Below, piece after piece: positions 1 through 10,262 of a stretch of 64,000 nt of DNA (the first letter of the stretch is position 1; every line of letters begins with the position of its first letter). The notes beneath the pieces were generated by a model. It ran no database searches. It was given only the letters and a program-made list of their open reading frames with translations, and was not told the DNA's origin. Origin of the DNA: Chloroflexota bacterium (GTDB lineage: Bacteria; Chloroflexota; Dehalococcoidia; Lucifugimonadales; UBA3495); contig JAQBVF010000015.1 in NCBI GenBank assembly GCA_027623675.1, positions 17,606 to 81,605 of the forward strand, given 5' to 3'. The position numbers were made by a program, and so were the translations under genes.

Positions 1-1022
1 GATGCGGTAGCCACGCAGACCTTGACCAGGCCGCCCTTGAGTTTCTGCTCGGCGGCCAACCGGGTGGCGCGGGAGAGGCTGCCGTGGTGGGCGACCACTG
101 CTTCGTCGCCCAGCCGTTCAGCAAGCTGATGGGAAACCCTTTCCACCAACCGCCGGGTGTTTACAAAGACCAGGGTTGTGCCGTGGGCGCGGACCAGACC
201 GGTCACCGCATCCAGGGCTTCGGCCCACATCTCATGGGAGGCGATGGGCCCCAGCTCCCGCGGCGGCAGTTCCATGGCCAGGTCGATGACCCGCGCGCGC
301 CCGGTGTCGACGATCAGGCAATCGGGAGTGCCGTCTGGGGCGATGCCGTCGTTGCCGACCAGCAACCGCCCAACCTCGTCGATGGGCCGCTGGGTGGCCG
401 ACAGCCCGATGCGGACGATCGGCTGCTTTGCCAAGGCACAGAGCCTTTCGACTGACAGGGAAAGATGGGAGCCGCGTTTGCTGCCGGCCACGGCGTGAAT
501 CTCGTCCAAGATGAGGGTATGAACACCGGTCATTCCCTGGCGGCCGCTCTTGGAAGTGAGCAGGATATAGAGGGACTCGGGCGTGGTTATCAGGATATGC
601 GGGGGCCGTTTGGCCATCTTGGCCCGCTCGGAAGCCTTGGTGTCCCCGGTGCGGACCGCCGCCCGAATCTCGGGGAGCGGGGTGCCTGCGGCTTCCGCCA
701 GAACGGCGATCTCCTCCAACGGAGTGGCCAGGTTCTTCTGGATGTCGTTGGAAAGGGCCTTTAACGGCGAGACATAGACCACTTGAGTGGAGTCGGGTAT
801 GTCTCCGGAAAGACCTTGACGGACCAGACTGTCGATGCAGGTGAGAAATGCCGCCAGGGTCTTGCCCGAGCCCGTGGGAGCGGCGATCAGTGTGTGACGG
901 CCCTGGGAGATGGCCGGCCATCCCTGTATCTGGGCGTCGGTAGGCCCGGTGAACCTACTTCGGAACCACTCTTGGACCAGGGGATGAAATCTTGACAGTG
1001 ACTGAGATTCTAAGAGAGGCAT
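1..1022 (-). CDS. lhr: Lhr-family DEAD/DEAH-box helicase, N-terminal part (runs off the window start; missing from the ORF track)
   Basis: Manual translation from ATG at 1022: [20 protein letters not shown]...PTDAQIQGW...[12 protein letters not shown]...[12 protein letters not shown]...RTGDT...TTPESL...LDEIHA...GLSATQ...HHGSLS...VCVATA, all Lhr motifs. Confidence 0.93.
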   Translation of the reverse strand, partial: MPLLESQSLSRFHPLVQEWFRSRFTGPTDAQIQGWPAISQGRHTLIAAPTGSGKTLAAFLTCIDSLVRQGLSGDIPDSTQVVYVSPLKALSNDIQKNLATPLEEIAVLAEAAGTPLPEIRAAVRTGDTKASERAKMAKRPPHILITTPESLYILLTSKSGRQGMTGVHTLILDEIHAVAGSKRGSHLSLSVERLCALAKQPIVRIGLSATQRPIDEVGRLLVGNDGIAPDGTPDCLIVDTGRARVIDLAMELPPRELGPIASHEMWAEALDAVTGLVRAHGTTLVFVNTRRLVERVSHQLAERLGDEAVVAHHGSLSRATRLAAEQKLKGGLVKVCVATA

Positions 1023-1197
1023 GACGAGATTTTAGCATAGCAACAGGCTCGGAAACCTTTACATAATGCCGGTCGATCGTCCGTTAAGCCAGAACTGCCA
1101 GTCAGTGATTTGACCAAGAACCACTTGTTTCCATCTCTAGGGATTGGGGTATGCTATTGTTCGGCGGAAATATGCGTGGCCGAGGTTGATTGCATTC

Positions 1198-2010
1198 ATG
1201 GCTGAGATACTGGAATCCAAGCCCAACCCATTCAACGGCATGGTGATTTCCTCACTGGATTTGCCCAGCGACGCGGAGGAGTTTGATGCCCGACTGGCCA
1301 CTTCGATGGAGCAGTGGTCTTCGGAAGGATTCTTGACCGTCTGGGTGGAGATTCCCAAGGCCAAGTCGGCGCTGATACCCAAAGCCATCGACCGTGGGTT
1401 CGATTTCCACCACACGGGCGACGACTACATCCTGTTGACCTGCCGCCTGGTGGCCGGGGCGCACATACCGCCCTTCGCCTCCCATTACATCGGCATCGGC
1501 GGCGTGGTGCTGACGCCGGAGAATGACCTGCTGGTGGTGCGCGAGAAGTATGGAGTCGGCGGGCGTGAACCGACACTCAAGCTGCCCGGCGGCGCGCTGG
1601 TGGCCGGTGAACACCTGGGGCGGGCTGTCGAACGGGAAGTGCTGGAAGAAACGGGGGTTAGGGCCGAGTTCGAGTCCATAGCCTGTTTCCGGCAGTGGCA
1701 CGGCTACCGCTACGGAAAGTCCGACATCTATTTCGTGGGCAAGCTGCGGCCGTTGAGCAAAGAAATCACCATGCAGGCGGAGGAGATTCAGGAGTGCCTC
1801 TGGATGCCGGTTAATGATTTCATCGGGTCCGACTCCATCAGCAACTTCAACAAGCAGATCGTCCGCGCCGCTCTGGAATCAGATGGTGTCATCCAGTCAT
1901 TCATCGAAGGTTTTGGCGGGCCAGATTCCCGCGAATATTTCATGCCCCGGCACCTGATCGACGGCGAGAGCGTGGTGCCGTTCCCATCGGACCCAAGGTC
2001 GTTCTTCTAA
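1198..2010 (+). CDS. Nudix hydrolase with N-terminal pre-Nudix domain (NUDT6-like)
   Basis: Nudix box LPGG...GEHLGRAVEREVLEETG; GFDFHH and SHYIGIGG motifs of the NUDT6-like group; ATG 1198 preferred over the track start at 1144. Confidence 0.88.
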   Translation: MAEILESKPNPFNGMVISSLDLPSDAEEFDARLATSMEQWSSEGFLTVWVEIPKAKSALIPKAIDRGFDFHHTGDDYILLTCRLVAGAHIPPFASHYIGIGGVVLTPENDLLVVREKYGVGGREPTLKLPGGALVAGEHLGRAVEREVLEETGVRAEFESIACFRQWHGYRYGKSDIYFVGKLRPLSKEITMQAEEIQECLWMPVNDFIGSDSISNFNKQIVRAALESDGVIQSFIEGFGGPDSREYFMPRHLIDGESVVPFPSDPRSFF

Positions 2011-2505
2011 CCGGTCCCGCGAATAGCCAGCGGGTGGCCCGAATCGGCCAATGAGACGGCCGATTTCGCCAACTTCGAGCGGCACCAGACGTACTCTGCC
2101 CCTTGGTGCGTCCCGGACATAATTGCCCCATGGAAGCGCCCAAACCACCCGAAGATTCAAGAGACGGAAATCTGGCCGCGTTCGCCTTTCTTGGCACTTA
2201 CCTTGGTCTGTTCCCGGTGTTTGCCGCACTGGTGATAAACCGGCTGGGCTAACGAGTCGGAGGTTCCGTGGGCTGTTTTGTTAATCAACCGCATCGAAAA
2301 GGCCCCAGCGTATTTCCTCGGAGCCTTGCTCGGTCCCACTCCCTAGAGTAAAGCCAGGTTGGACCGGCCTCACTGATCAATCCCAAGTCAATCTTAAGCC
2401 CGCCAGCCCGCCGCGACGAAACCGAGTTAACCCAAGCCAACGTAGACTAGGTTGCGAGCAGGTGAGATTGGGACTCTAGGCCCTGGATTCAGTTACCGGA
2501 AACAC

Positions 2506-2540
2506 AAAAGAGGCTCCCAGAATCAACTGAGAGCCTCTTG
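2506..2540 (-). terminator. Intrinsic terminator downstream of the tRNA pair
   Basis: aagaggctc-cag / ctg-gagcctctt inverted repeat with a T-tract on the minus strand. Confidence 0.7.
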
Positions 2541-2553
2541 TCGTGACTGAAAG

Positions 2554-2629
2554 TGGTGCGCCTGGCGAGACTCGAACTCACAACCCCTGGGTTCGAAGCC
2601 CAGTACTCTATCCATTGAGCTACAGGCGC
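2554..2629 (-). tRNA. tRNA-Arg(TCG)
   Basis: Reverse complement GCGCCTGTAGCTCAATGGATAGAGTA CTGGG CT TCG AA CCCAG ...GTTCGAGT...CAGGCGCA CCA; full cloverleaf, CCA encoded. Confidence 0.96.
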
Positions 2630-2661
2630 ATCATACGGGGAGAATCAGACAGAATTTCGGG

Positions 2662-2739
2662 TGGGGCGAGCGACGGGATTCGAACCCGTGATCTCCTGTG
2701 CCACAGACAGGCGCCTTAGGCCTCTTGGCTACGCTCGCC
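2662..2739 (-). tRNA. tRNA-His(GTG)
   Basis: Reverse complement GGCGAGCGTAGCCAAG...CCTGT CT GTG GC ACAGG...GTTCGAATC...CGCTCGCC CCA; encoded G-1:C73 pair typical of tRNA-His. Confidence 0.96.
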
Positions 2740-3108
2740 GCGGTGCGGGTTCGGTAGCTACCGGCCACGGCTCGCGATCGGAGCAAGGCAGGCGGGACCC
2801 GGATGGGAGACCCAGTACAGAACACCAGTGCCGATAGGCTTAAGTATGTTAGCAAATGGGCGTGCCTGTTACAAGGTGGCGCGGCTAGCGCCGAAGGTCC
2901 CAGGGGCCTGAGATTTTACTTAGGCCACTGACAGGTTTTCGGCGGCTGCCGGACTCCTTCAGATAGTTGGTCCAGAGGGTCTCCCATTGTAATAGGGTCG
3001 CCGGGCTATCTAGAATAGGTTTCAGGTCGAGTCCGGCGGCCAGGCGATGAGCTGCAACTGCCAGTTCTTATCAAATCCGACATCCAGTCACGGATCACGA
3101 GGAACAAC

Positions 3109-4785
3109 ATGGGTTGGAAACCACTTCTATTGGTTCTTGGCGTGCTTTTACTGGCGGCCGGTTGCTCTGGGTCTTCGGGCAGCAACGGCGCCGAAGCAAC
3201 CAGATCCCCGGAGGCCACCGCAGCCCCCAGCGTCTCAGGGTCCAGCGATCCGGCCGTCAGTGACGGTAGTCCGCTGGAGGGCGGCCGCTTCGTGCGTCTA
3301 TTTGTGGACCCGCCAACCCTGGACCCGCACCTGACCACCGACGCGACATCGGCGCAGATCATCGTTGAGGTGTTCGGCGGACTGGTGACCATCGACAAAG
3401 ACCTGAATGTGGTTGCGGACCTGGCAGAGAACTGGGAGGTCACCGGCGACGGACGCATCTATACCTTCCGCATCCGGCCGGATGCCAAGTTCCACGACGG
3501 CAAACCGGTGACCGCGGAGGATGTCCGCTGGTCCTTGGAGCGCGCCACCGACCCACTGACCGAAGCGCCCAACGCGGACCAATACCTGGGTGACATCGTC
3601 GGAGTGGACGAGAAATTGTCCGGTGACGCCCTGGAGATATCCGGCGTGCGCGTGGTCGATGAACGCACCATTGAGATCACCATCGACCAGCCCAAGTCCT
3701 ATTTCCTGGCTAAACTCACCTATCCGACCGCTTTCGTCCTGGACCGGGTGACCGTCGAGGCCAACCCCAAGACTTGGTTCCGCAAGCCCAATGGCACCGG
3801 CCCTTTCCGCTTGAGTGAATACAAAGTGGGTGAAACATTGGTCCTGACCCGGAATGAAAACTACCACCTGGGACCGCCCAAGCTGGCCGAGGTGGAGATG
3901 ATTCTGAGCGGCGGAACGTCGATGCTGATGTACGAGAACGACGAGATTGATATCGCCGGCGTGGGGCTTGCGGACCTTGACCGCCTGCTCGACACGAGCC
4001 ACAGCCTCAATTCTCAGTTGATGCGGGCCGCCCCGTCATTCAGCGTCCAATATATAGGGCTCAACGTTAACGAACCGCCATTGGACGACGTCAAAGTGCG
4101 CCAGGCTCTGAACCTGTCCATCGACAAGCGGGAGATCGCCACCATCGTATTGGGCGACCAGGTAGTGCCTGCCAAAGGCATACTGCCGCCGGGCTTCCCC
4201 GGGTTCAACCCCTCGGTTACCGGCTACAGCTTCGATCCGGACCGCGCCAGGCAGCTCTTAAGCGAGTCCAAGTACGGCGGCGACCTGGATAACTTGCCGC
4301 CCATCACCATCACCACGCCGGGCAGCTTCGGCGCCAACGTCAGCCTGGACATGGAAGTGGTGCTGTCCATGTGGGAGCAGAACCTCGGTATCAAGACCGA
4401 GTTCCAGCAGACCGAATTCGCCACATTCTTGAAGGACCTGAACAAGCGGCGATTCCAGATGTTCGACATCGGCTGGATCGCCGACTATCCGGACCCCGAG
4501 AATTTCCTGGACATACTATTCTACAGCGACAGCAGCAACAACCACACGAATTACAGCAACCCGGAGGTTGATTCCCTGCTGGAAGACGCCCGCGTGGAGA
4601 CCGACGAGTTCCGGCGCTACGCCATCTACAATCAGGTCGAGCAGATGATATTGGACGACGCGCCATGGATACCCCTGTGGTACAGCGGTGAGCGTTACCT
4701 GCTGGTCAAGCCCAACGTGCGTGATTATCTGCAGACGCCGCTGATCATACCCAAGCTTCGGTACGTTTACCTGACCAATCAATAG
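3109..4785 (+). CDS. Peptide/nickel ABC transporter substrate-binding lipoprotein (family 5, OppA/DppA-like)
   Basis: Lipobox LLAAGC; DPPTLDP, YTFRIRPDAKFHDG, GTGPF, GWIADYPDP motifs. Confidence 0.93.
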   Translation: MGWKPLLLVLGVLLLAAGCSGSSGSNGAEATRSPEATAAPSVSGSSDPAVSDGSPLEGGRFVRLFVDPPTLDPHLTTDATSAQIIVEVFGGLVTIDKDLNVVADLAENWEVTGDGRIYTFRIRPDAKFHDGKPVTAEDVRWSLERATDPLTEAPNADQYLGDIVGVDEKLSGDALEISGVRVVDERTIEITIDQPKSYFLAKLTYPTAFVLDRVTVEANPKTWFRKPNGTGPFRLSEYKVGETLVLTRNENYHLGPPKLAEVEMILSGGTSMLMYENDEIDIAGVGLADLDRLLDTSHSLNSQLMRAAPSFSVQYIGLNVNEPPLDDVKVRQALNLSIDKREIATIVLGDQVVPAKGILPPGFPGFNPSVTGYSFDPDRARQLLSESKYGGDLDNLPPITITTPGSFGANVSLDMEVVLSMWEQNLGIKTEFQQTEFATFLKDLNKRRFQMFDIGWIADYPDPENFLDILFYSDSSNNHTNYSNPEVDSLLEDARVETDEFRRYAIYNQVEQMILDDAPWIPLWYSGERYLLVKPNVRDYLQTPLIIPKLRYVYLTNQ

Positions 4786-4800
4786 GACTGGAACGCAAGC

Positions 4801-5745
4801 GTGGGCACTTACATAGCACGCCGGTTGCTCTGGCTGCCGATCATTTTGCTGATCGTATCGTTCATCACTTTCGCATTGGGACGCTTTGGACCGGGCGACC
4901 CGGTTGAAGTGCTCATGGGGCAGTATGCCGACAAGGAGGTTGTTGAGCGAATCCGCGAGCAACGCGGCTTCAACGACAACATCTTCGTCCAGTACGGCCG
5001 CTATCTGAAGAACGTGACCCGAGGCGATTTCGGCGAGAGCTTCAAGTACCGGGGCCGCACGGTGAGCGAACTGCTCAAGAAGAAGATGTGGGTATCGGCC
5101 CAACTCAACATCGCCGCCTTGTTCCTTTCGGTGTCCATCGGCATTCCGCTGGGACTCTTCGCCGCCTTCAAGCAGGGGACGTTCTGGGATACCGGCACGG
5201 TGGCCATGACGCTGCTGGGCCAGTCTATTCCGGTGTTCCTCACCGCGCCCATGTTATTGCTTATTTTCGCCCTCAAGCTGGACATACTGCCAACCCACGG
5301 CTGGGGAGGCCTGTTCGACACCCGCACCATACTTCCCGCCATCGCCATGGGCGTGCCGGGGATCGCGATCATCACCAGGCTGACCCGCGCCAGCACCATG
5401 GAGGTGATCAGCCAGGACTATGTGCGGACGGCACGGGCCAAGGGGCTGTCGGAATCCATGGTACAGCGGCGTCACGTGCTCAGAAATTCCATGATCCCGG
5501 TGATAACCACCCTGGGATTCTCACTGGCTGGGCTGGCCTTCACATCGTTCATCGTGGAGCGGTTCTTCGGCATTCCCGGCATCGGAAACCTGTTCATCGA
5601 GTCCATCTTCGCCAGGGACTTTCCGGTGATCAACGCCGTGATCATCATCGGGACCACGCTATTCGTGGCCGCCAACCTGATCGTTGACCTGATCTATCCG
5701 TGGCTCGACCCCAGGATCAGACTGGGAGGCGCGTATGCAACCTGA
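4801..5745 (+). CDS. Peptide ABC transporter permease (OppB/DppB-like)
   Basis: PGDP, GDFGES, QDYVRTARAKGL (EAA loop), FGIPGIG, LDPRIR. Confidence 0.93.
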   Translation: MGTYIARRLLWLPIILLIVSFITFALGRFGPGDPVEVLMGQYADKEVVERIREQRGFNDNIFVQYGRYLKNVTRGDFGESFKYRGRTVSELLKKKMWVSAQLNIAALFLSVSIGIPLGLFAAFKQGTFWDTGTVAMTLLGQSIPVFLTAPMLLLIFALKLDILPTHGWGGLFDTRTILPAIAMGVPGIAIITRLTRASTMEVISQDYVRTARAKGLSESMVQRRHVLRNSMIPVITTLGFSLAGLAFTSFIVERFFGIPGIGNLFIESIFARDFPVINAVIIIGTTLFVAANLIVDLIYPWLDPRIRLGGAYAT

Positions 5746-6700
5746 GCGAACCGCGCCTACGCTGGAACTTCCCGGTCAACGGAACCGCAGCTATTGGGTC
5801 ATATCCCTGCGCCGACTGCTCCGCAAGAAGATCGGCGTCGGCTGCCTGACCATCATCTTGATTATGTACGGCTCGGGGATACTCGCCCCCTTGGTCACAC
5901 CCTACGGCTTCAACGACCAGGACCTGTCGATCACCAAGCAGGGACCCAGCCTGGCCCACCCGTTCGGCACCGACCGACTGGGCCGGGATGAACTTACGCG
6001 GATCATCTATGGGCTCCGCACCACCGTAATCATCACAATAGTTACGCTGGTCACGGGCAGTCTTGCGTTGGGAATCACCCTGGGGTTGGTCGCCGGCTAT
6101 TTCGGAAGATCCATCGACACCTTGATCATGCGGGTGGGCGAGGTGACTTCGGCTTTCCCCGAGATATTCCTTGTCTTGATAATCGTGTCGACCCTCAAGG
6201 CCCCGATCACCGATTGGGTCCGAGGCGTGGAAGACGTGGTCGGCTTCGACATCGTAAGCCTGGGCGTGGTGGACTACCTGGTGCTGTCGCTGGCCCTGGC
6301 CATCTTCTCCTGGTTCGGCATGGCCAGGTTGGTGCGGGGACAGGTGCTCCAAGCCCGTGAGAACCAATACGTGGAGGCAGCCAGGGCCATCGGCGCGACA
6401 ACGCCGCGGATACTGGCCCGGCACGTGCTGCCAAACGTGATGGGCCCGGTGATAGTGATGGTGTCGGCGGGGCTGGCCGGGGTGGCCGGCTCGGAGATAT
6501 TCCTCAGCTTTCTGGGCATCGGGATCCAGCCGCCAACGCCGAGTCTGGGTCTCATGATCTTCGAGAACGGCAGCATCTCGGTGTTGCGGTCCAACCCACA
6601 CTTGCTGCTATTCCCCGTGCTCACGCTTTCGCTGCTGCTGTTCACCTTCAACCTGTTGGGTGACGCGGTCAACGACGCCTTCAACCCCAGAGCCCGCTAA
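5735..6700 (+). CDS. Peptide ABC transporter permease (OppC/DppC-like)
   Basis: HPFGTDRLGRD, YVEAARAIGA, HVLPN, LSFLGIGIQPPTPS. Confidence 0.93.
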   Translation: MQPERTAPTLELPGQRNRSYWVISLRRLLRKKIGVGCLTIILIMYGSGILAPLVTPYGFNDQDLSITKQGPSLAHPFGTDRLGRDELTRIIYGLRTTVIITIVTLVTGSLALGITLGLVAGYFGRSIDTLIMRVGEVTSAFPEIFLVLIIVSTLKAPITDWVRGVEDVVGFDIVSLGVVDYLVLSLALAIFSWFGMARLVRGQVLQARENQYVEAARAIGATTPRILARHVLPNVMGPVIVMVSAGLAGVAGSEIFLSFLGIGIQPPTPSLGLMIFENGSISVLRSNPHLLLFPVLTLSLLLFTFNLLGDAVNDAFNPRAR

Positions 6701-6805
6701 CCCCGAAGGGGCGCTTCCGCTCGCACTCTCGCCGGCGATCTCTACTCCCGTGTGCATTCAAACGCGCCGCGCTTAAAGCCTACGGGTCAGCGGTTGGGGT
6801 TTTGC

Positions 6806-8215
6806 CTAGATGACCGGGCGGCGGCGCAGCCGGGGCAGCGCCATTAGACCCAACGGAGCGCCTAGAAGCATCAGCATGCCAACCCCAGTGGCGCCACCGG
6901 CTGGGGCGCTGCAACCCGGCGAGGTGGAACCGTCCTCGGACCCCTCAACGCCAGCGACACCGGCGCCTGATCGAGGTCCGGGGGGTTCGGAAGCGGACTC
7001 GGGCACGCCCGTTGGTTCAGCCGTTGGTTCGGCAGCCTGTGGCGCGCCATCCCCTCCGGCCTTCCGCTCTTGGTCGAGTCGGGACTTCAGTTCATTGGGC
7101 GAGGGCAGAGGTTCCAGACCCATGGTTGCGCGCCAGGCGGAGTCGAGACCATATTGGTCCATGCCGTAGACTTCCTGCAATGCCAGGTCGATGTCCAGCG
7201 TGCGCTGTAGCACCGGGAACAGGGCGGCCATCCGGGATTCGCCGTAGGTGCCTATCATGTAATTGACGACCGAGCGGCCTTGCCCGTAGGCAATAATGAT
7301 GTCCTCCGGTGTGCCGCCGAAGGAATCTAGATACCAAAGCGGCTTGATACGGCGGGTGAAGATGCCGTAGCGCAGGGCAGCGTCGTAGTCGTCGGTGGGG
7401 TCGATGTTTCCGTACTCGGCCAGTCCTTCGTTGAGCCAGGCTGGCACCTGGCTGATGGCCGTGCCCGCCGCCTCCGCGACCAACAGGTGGGTGAACTCGT
7501 GAGAGACGGTACCGGTTACCGTGGGATCGAACCCATGGACCAGCAACACCCGTTCGTCGCTGAAGGCCATGCCCTGAGTCTGCAGGCCCTCGCTCACCGC
7601 TTGGGAGCGGAACGGGAGGGCCGACGACATATGCCGGTAATTGTTGTAGGAGACGATCCGCAGCGGTTCTGTGGGGGCGATGCCAAGGACGGGCAGCATC
7701 TTTTCCAGGTTCTGTTGGGCGGCGTCTAGCACCAGCTCGGCCCGGTCACGGACGTACTCTCCGTAATAGTAGACAGTGATCAGGCCCTCAACGACGGTCT
7801 CCCAATCGAAGCGGTTGTCCTCGTAGACGAATATCTTGGGGTCGGTGCGCACCACCCCGCCGGCTTTGTCGCGTACCTCAAAGGAATATTCGATCTTGGT
7901 GCCCGGAGGGAAATACTCGCCGCCGCTGCCGCTCTTCAAAAGGGACTCACCGGTCACACTGTCACCGGGGTCAAATTCGACGGACCGGTAGGTGCTGCGG
8001 CCGTTCTGTTCCACCTTGCTGAAGAAGACACGGATATCGTCGATGCCGTCCACGCTGTTGGCGGAGACGGAAAACTTGATGCCGTCGGGGAACTGGCTAA
8101 CGGCGGTGGCTTCGACCACCTTGATATTCCCCTCATCGGCCAGGGTGACCGGCGGCGTAGAGAGCGCCAGTCCGGCAACCAGTAGGAAAGCTGAAACGAA
8201 TACGAAAGAGCGCAA
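6806..8215 (-). CDS. Secreted peptidase MA family (gluzincin) metallohydrolase with C-terminal membrane anchor
   Basis: HEFTH plus WLNEGLAEY zinc motif; signal peptide; C-terminal GC..-TM-RRR. TTG start at 8215 after GAGG preferred over the track start at 8335. Confidence 0.85.
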   Translation of the reverse strand: MRSFVFVSAFLLVAGLALSTPPVTLADEGNIKVVEATAVSQFPDGIKFSVSANSVDGIDDIRVFFSKVEQNGRSTYRSVEFDPGDSVTGESLLKSGSGGEYFPPGTKIEYSFEVRDKAGGVVRTDPKIFVYEDNRFDWETVVEGLITVYYYGEYVRDRAELVLDAAQQNLEKMLPVLGIAPTEPLRIVSYNNYRHMSSALPFRSQAVSEGLQTQGMAFSDERVLLVHGFDPTVTGTVSHEFTHLLVAEAAGTAISQVPAWLNEGLAEYGNIDPTDDYDAALRYGIFTRRIKPLWYLDSFGGTPEDIIIAYGQGRSVVNYMIGTYGESRMAALFPVLQRTLDIDLALQEVYGMDQYGLDSAWRATMGLEPLPSPNELKSRLDQERKAGGDGAPQAAEPTAEPTGVPESASEPPGPRSGAGVAGVEGSEDGSTSPGCSAPAGGATGVGMLMLLGAPLGLMALPRLRRRPVI

Positions 8216-8456
8216 AGGAACCTCTGGGGCCAAGTTTACGTTAGTGCTACGCCAATGTCGACAAACCAGACTTCTTGCCAGACCGCGACGCTCGTGACCG
8301 GAGCCTGTGTTAACTGTCTTGACGGTGATTTTCAATACGCATAGAATCAGACCCTAGCCCGCTTAACCACACCTTTCCGGCGCGTCCCAACGGCTCTACG
8401 GTGTGGAACGTTTCGGCGTGTTCAAAGAATCTCCAATTCATATTTGGTGCAGATAG

Positions 8457-9206
8457 ATGGCGATCAACGTTGGCCGGGTCATAGACCTGAATTTCGAGCC
8501 CTTTTACATCGACATGGAGCGGCGGGGAATCGCCCTCCATGAAGTGAGTCTTAAAGACATCCCCCAGGCGTTGCGCGACGGCGAGATCGACGCCGGGCCG
8601 GTGAGTTTGGTTGATAGTTTCGCATTGGACGACACCTGCTTGCCCGTGGCCGGGTTCTGCCTGTCGGCGTCCAACCGGGCTGGGAGCAACCTGCTGTATT
8701 CCAAGAAACCGATGGAAGAACTCTCCGGAGCAACCATCGCCGCCGCCACCCAAGACTCGACCACCCAAAAATTATTTCAGGTGCTTCTGGCCCAGAAACA
8801 CCAAGGCAACGCCGACTCTTTCGTCACCATGACTGAAGAGCACGACGCTTTCTTGATCTCCGGCGACGCCGCCCTGCGCCGCCGCCGTGGGGCAAGGGGT
8901 TACAGCCACCGGTACGACCTGGGCGAGGTTTGGCATGATATGACCAGCCTGCCCTTCGTCTTCGCCCGCTGGATGGGCCGCAAAGAGCTTTCGCCGGAAG
9001 AGATCCTGCTGATCGAGGACACTCTCTACGTGGGCCTGGAAGACGGTGTCGACAGCCTGTTTCATCTGTCCGACCCCAAGGACCATCTCTTGATGATGGC
9101 CCGCGATATCGTGGACTACATCATCGGCTACCGGTATTACGTTGGTCTCTCCGAGCGCAAATCCATCGAACTCTTTCAGAAATACCTGGCCGAACTTCCG
9201 TCCTAG
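8457..9206 (+). CDS. mqnA: Chorismate dehydratase (futalosine menaquinone pathway), MqnA/MqnD family
   Basis: GRVIDLNFEP, LISGDAAL, YDLGEVWHDMTSLPFVFARW motifs. Confidence 0.8.
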   Translation: MAINVGRVIDLNFEPFYIDMERRGIALHEVSLKDIPQALRDGEIDAGPVSLVDSFALDDTCLPVAGFCLSASNRAGSNLLYSKKPMEELSGATIAAATQDSTTQKLFQVLLAQKHQGNADSFVTMTEEHDAFLISGDAALRRRRGARGYSHRYDLGEVWHDMTSLPFVFARWMGRKELSPEEILLIEDTLYVGLEDGVDSLFHLSDPKDHLLMMARDIVDYIIGYRYYVGLSERKSIELFQKYLAELPS

Positions 9207-9285
9207 CCCACCGTGTTGTCCCGAGTGCCCGATGCAGCGATGAAACGTTTCGACTTGCCTGGCGTTCCGACCATAAGGAGATACC

Positions 9286-10149
9286 TTGGCGAAGGTGATT
9301 GAACGTTCGTTCGAAGCCACCGGACACACTTCCATCATGTGCGACTTTTCGCCGCCTCGGTCCGGCGACGCCGCGGTGGTTGACCAGGCCCAGTTGGATG
9401 TCGATTTCATATCCGTGTCCTACAACCCCGGAAGGGCCGTCAGGACCGATTCGGCCATGCTGGCGGCGGCGGTCCAGCGGTCGGGCAGAGATGCCCTCTT
9501 CACCCTGGCGACCCGCGACATGAACAAGCTGGCGCTCCAGTCCCAGCTATTGGGCGCTCAGATGCTTGGGTTGAACAACGTGATCGTGGTGCAGGGCGAC
9601 CCTTTCAGCGAGCAGGACCGCACCCGGGTCGCATCGGTGGCCGATTACTCAACCACCGGGTTGATCGCGGCCATCTCCCAGATGAACCAGGGCAAGGATT
9701 TCCGGGATGGCAACCTGCGGACCGCCACCGATCTGTGCGTCGGGGCGGCGGTGGACCTAGGCCGCGGCATCGAGGAAGAAGCCCAACTGGCGGTGCGCAA
9801 GGTGCGGGCCGGAGCGGAGTTTCTGATCACCCAGCCGGTCTTCGACGTGGACCAAGTGGCCCGCTACCGGGAATCCTACGCCTACCACGCCGGCAAGGCT
9901 GGAACGCTGCCCATCTACTTCGGCCTGCAGATATTGGAGCAGGACGGTGTTCTGTTCAGCTCGGTCCCGGACTCGGTGCGGAACGAATTGGAGGGTGGCC
10001 GGCCCGGCATCGACATGGCACTGGAGTTGTACCAAAGATTCCAAGACGCCCGCCTGAACAACATCTACCTGATGCCACCGATCAAACGTGGCGGCGCCCG
10101 GGACTACGCCGCCGCCAAAGAACTCCTGGCCAAGATAAACCGTCTCTAG
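9286..10149 (+). CDS. metF: Methylenetetrahydrofolate reductase family protein
   Basis: DFSPP, TRDMNKLALQSQLLGA, VVQGDP, KVRAGAEFLITQPVFD. Confidence 0.85.
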   Translation: MAKVIERSFEATGHTSIMCDFSPPRSGDAAVVDQAQLDVDFISVSYNPGRAVRTDSAMLAAAVQRSGRDALFTLATRDMNKLALQSQLLGAQMLGLNNVIVVQGDPFSEQDRTRVASVADYSTTGLIAAISQMNQGKDFRDGNLRTATDLCVGAAVDLGRGIEEEAQLAVRKVRAGAEFLITQPVFDVDQVARYRESYAYHAGKAGTLPIYFGLQILEQDGVLFSSVPDSVRNELEGGRPGIDMALELYQRFQDARLNNIYLMPPIKRGGARDYAAAKELLAKINRL

Positions 10150-10262
10150 GCCGGGCGACTTGATTCGTAAGATAACCAACTAACGGACAACGGCTCCCCG
10201 GCAACACCTCCGAGCCTAGTGCTTGACCCCAAGAACCAGGTAAATCGCCTAACGAGGCTACG

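Noticed and set aside
84..995. Several track ORFs (84..455, 157..498, 232..921, 465..764 and others)
   Set aside because: Shadow frames of the lhr gene, which the track omits because it has no stop codon inside the window.
3109..6700. Peptide ABC operon lacking ATPase genes, considered as a defect
   Set aside because: ATPases are often encoded elsewhere and shared, and the three genes present look intact.
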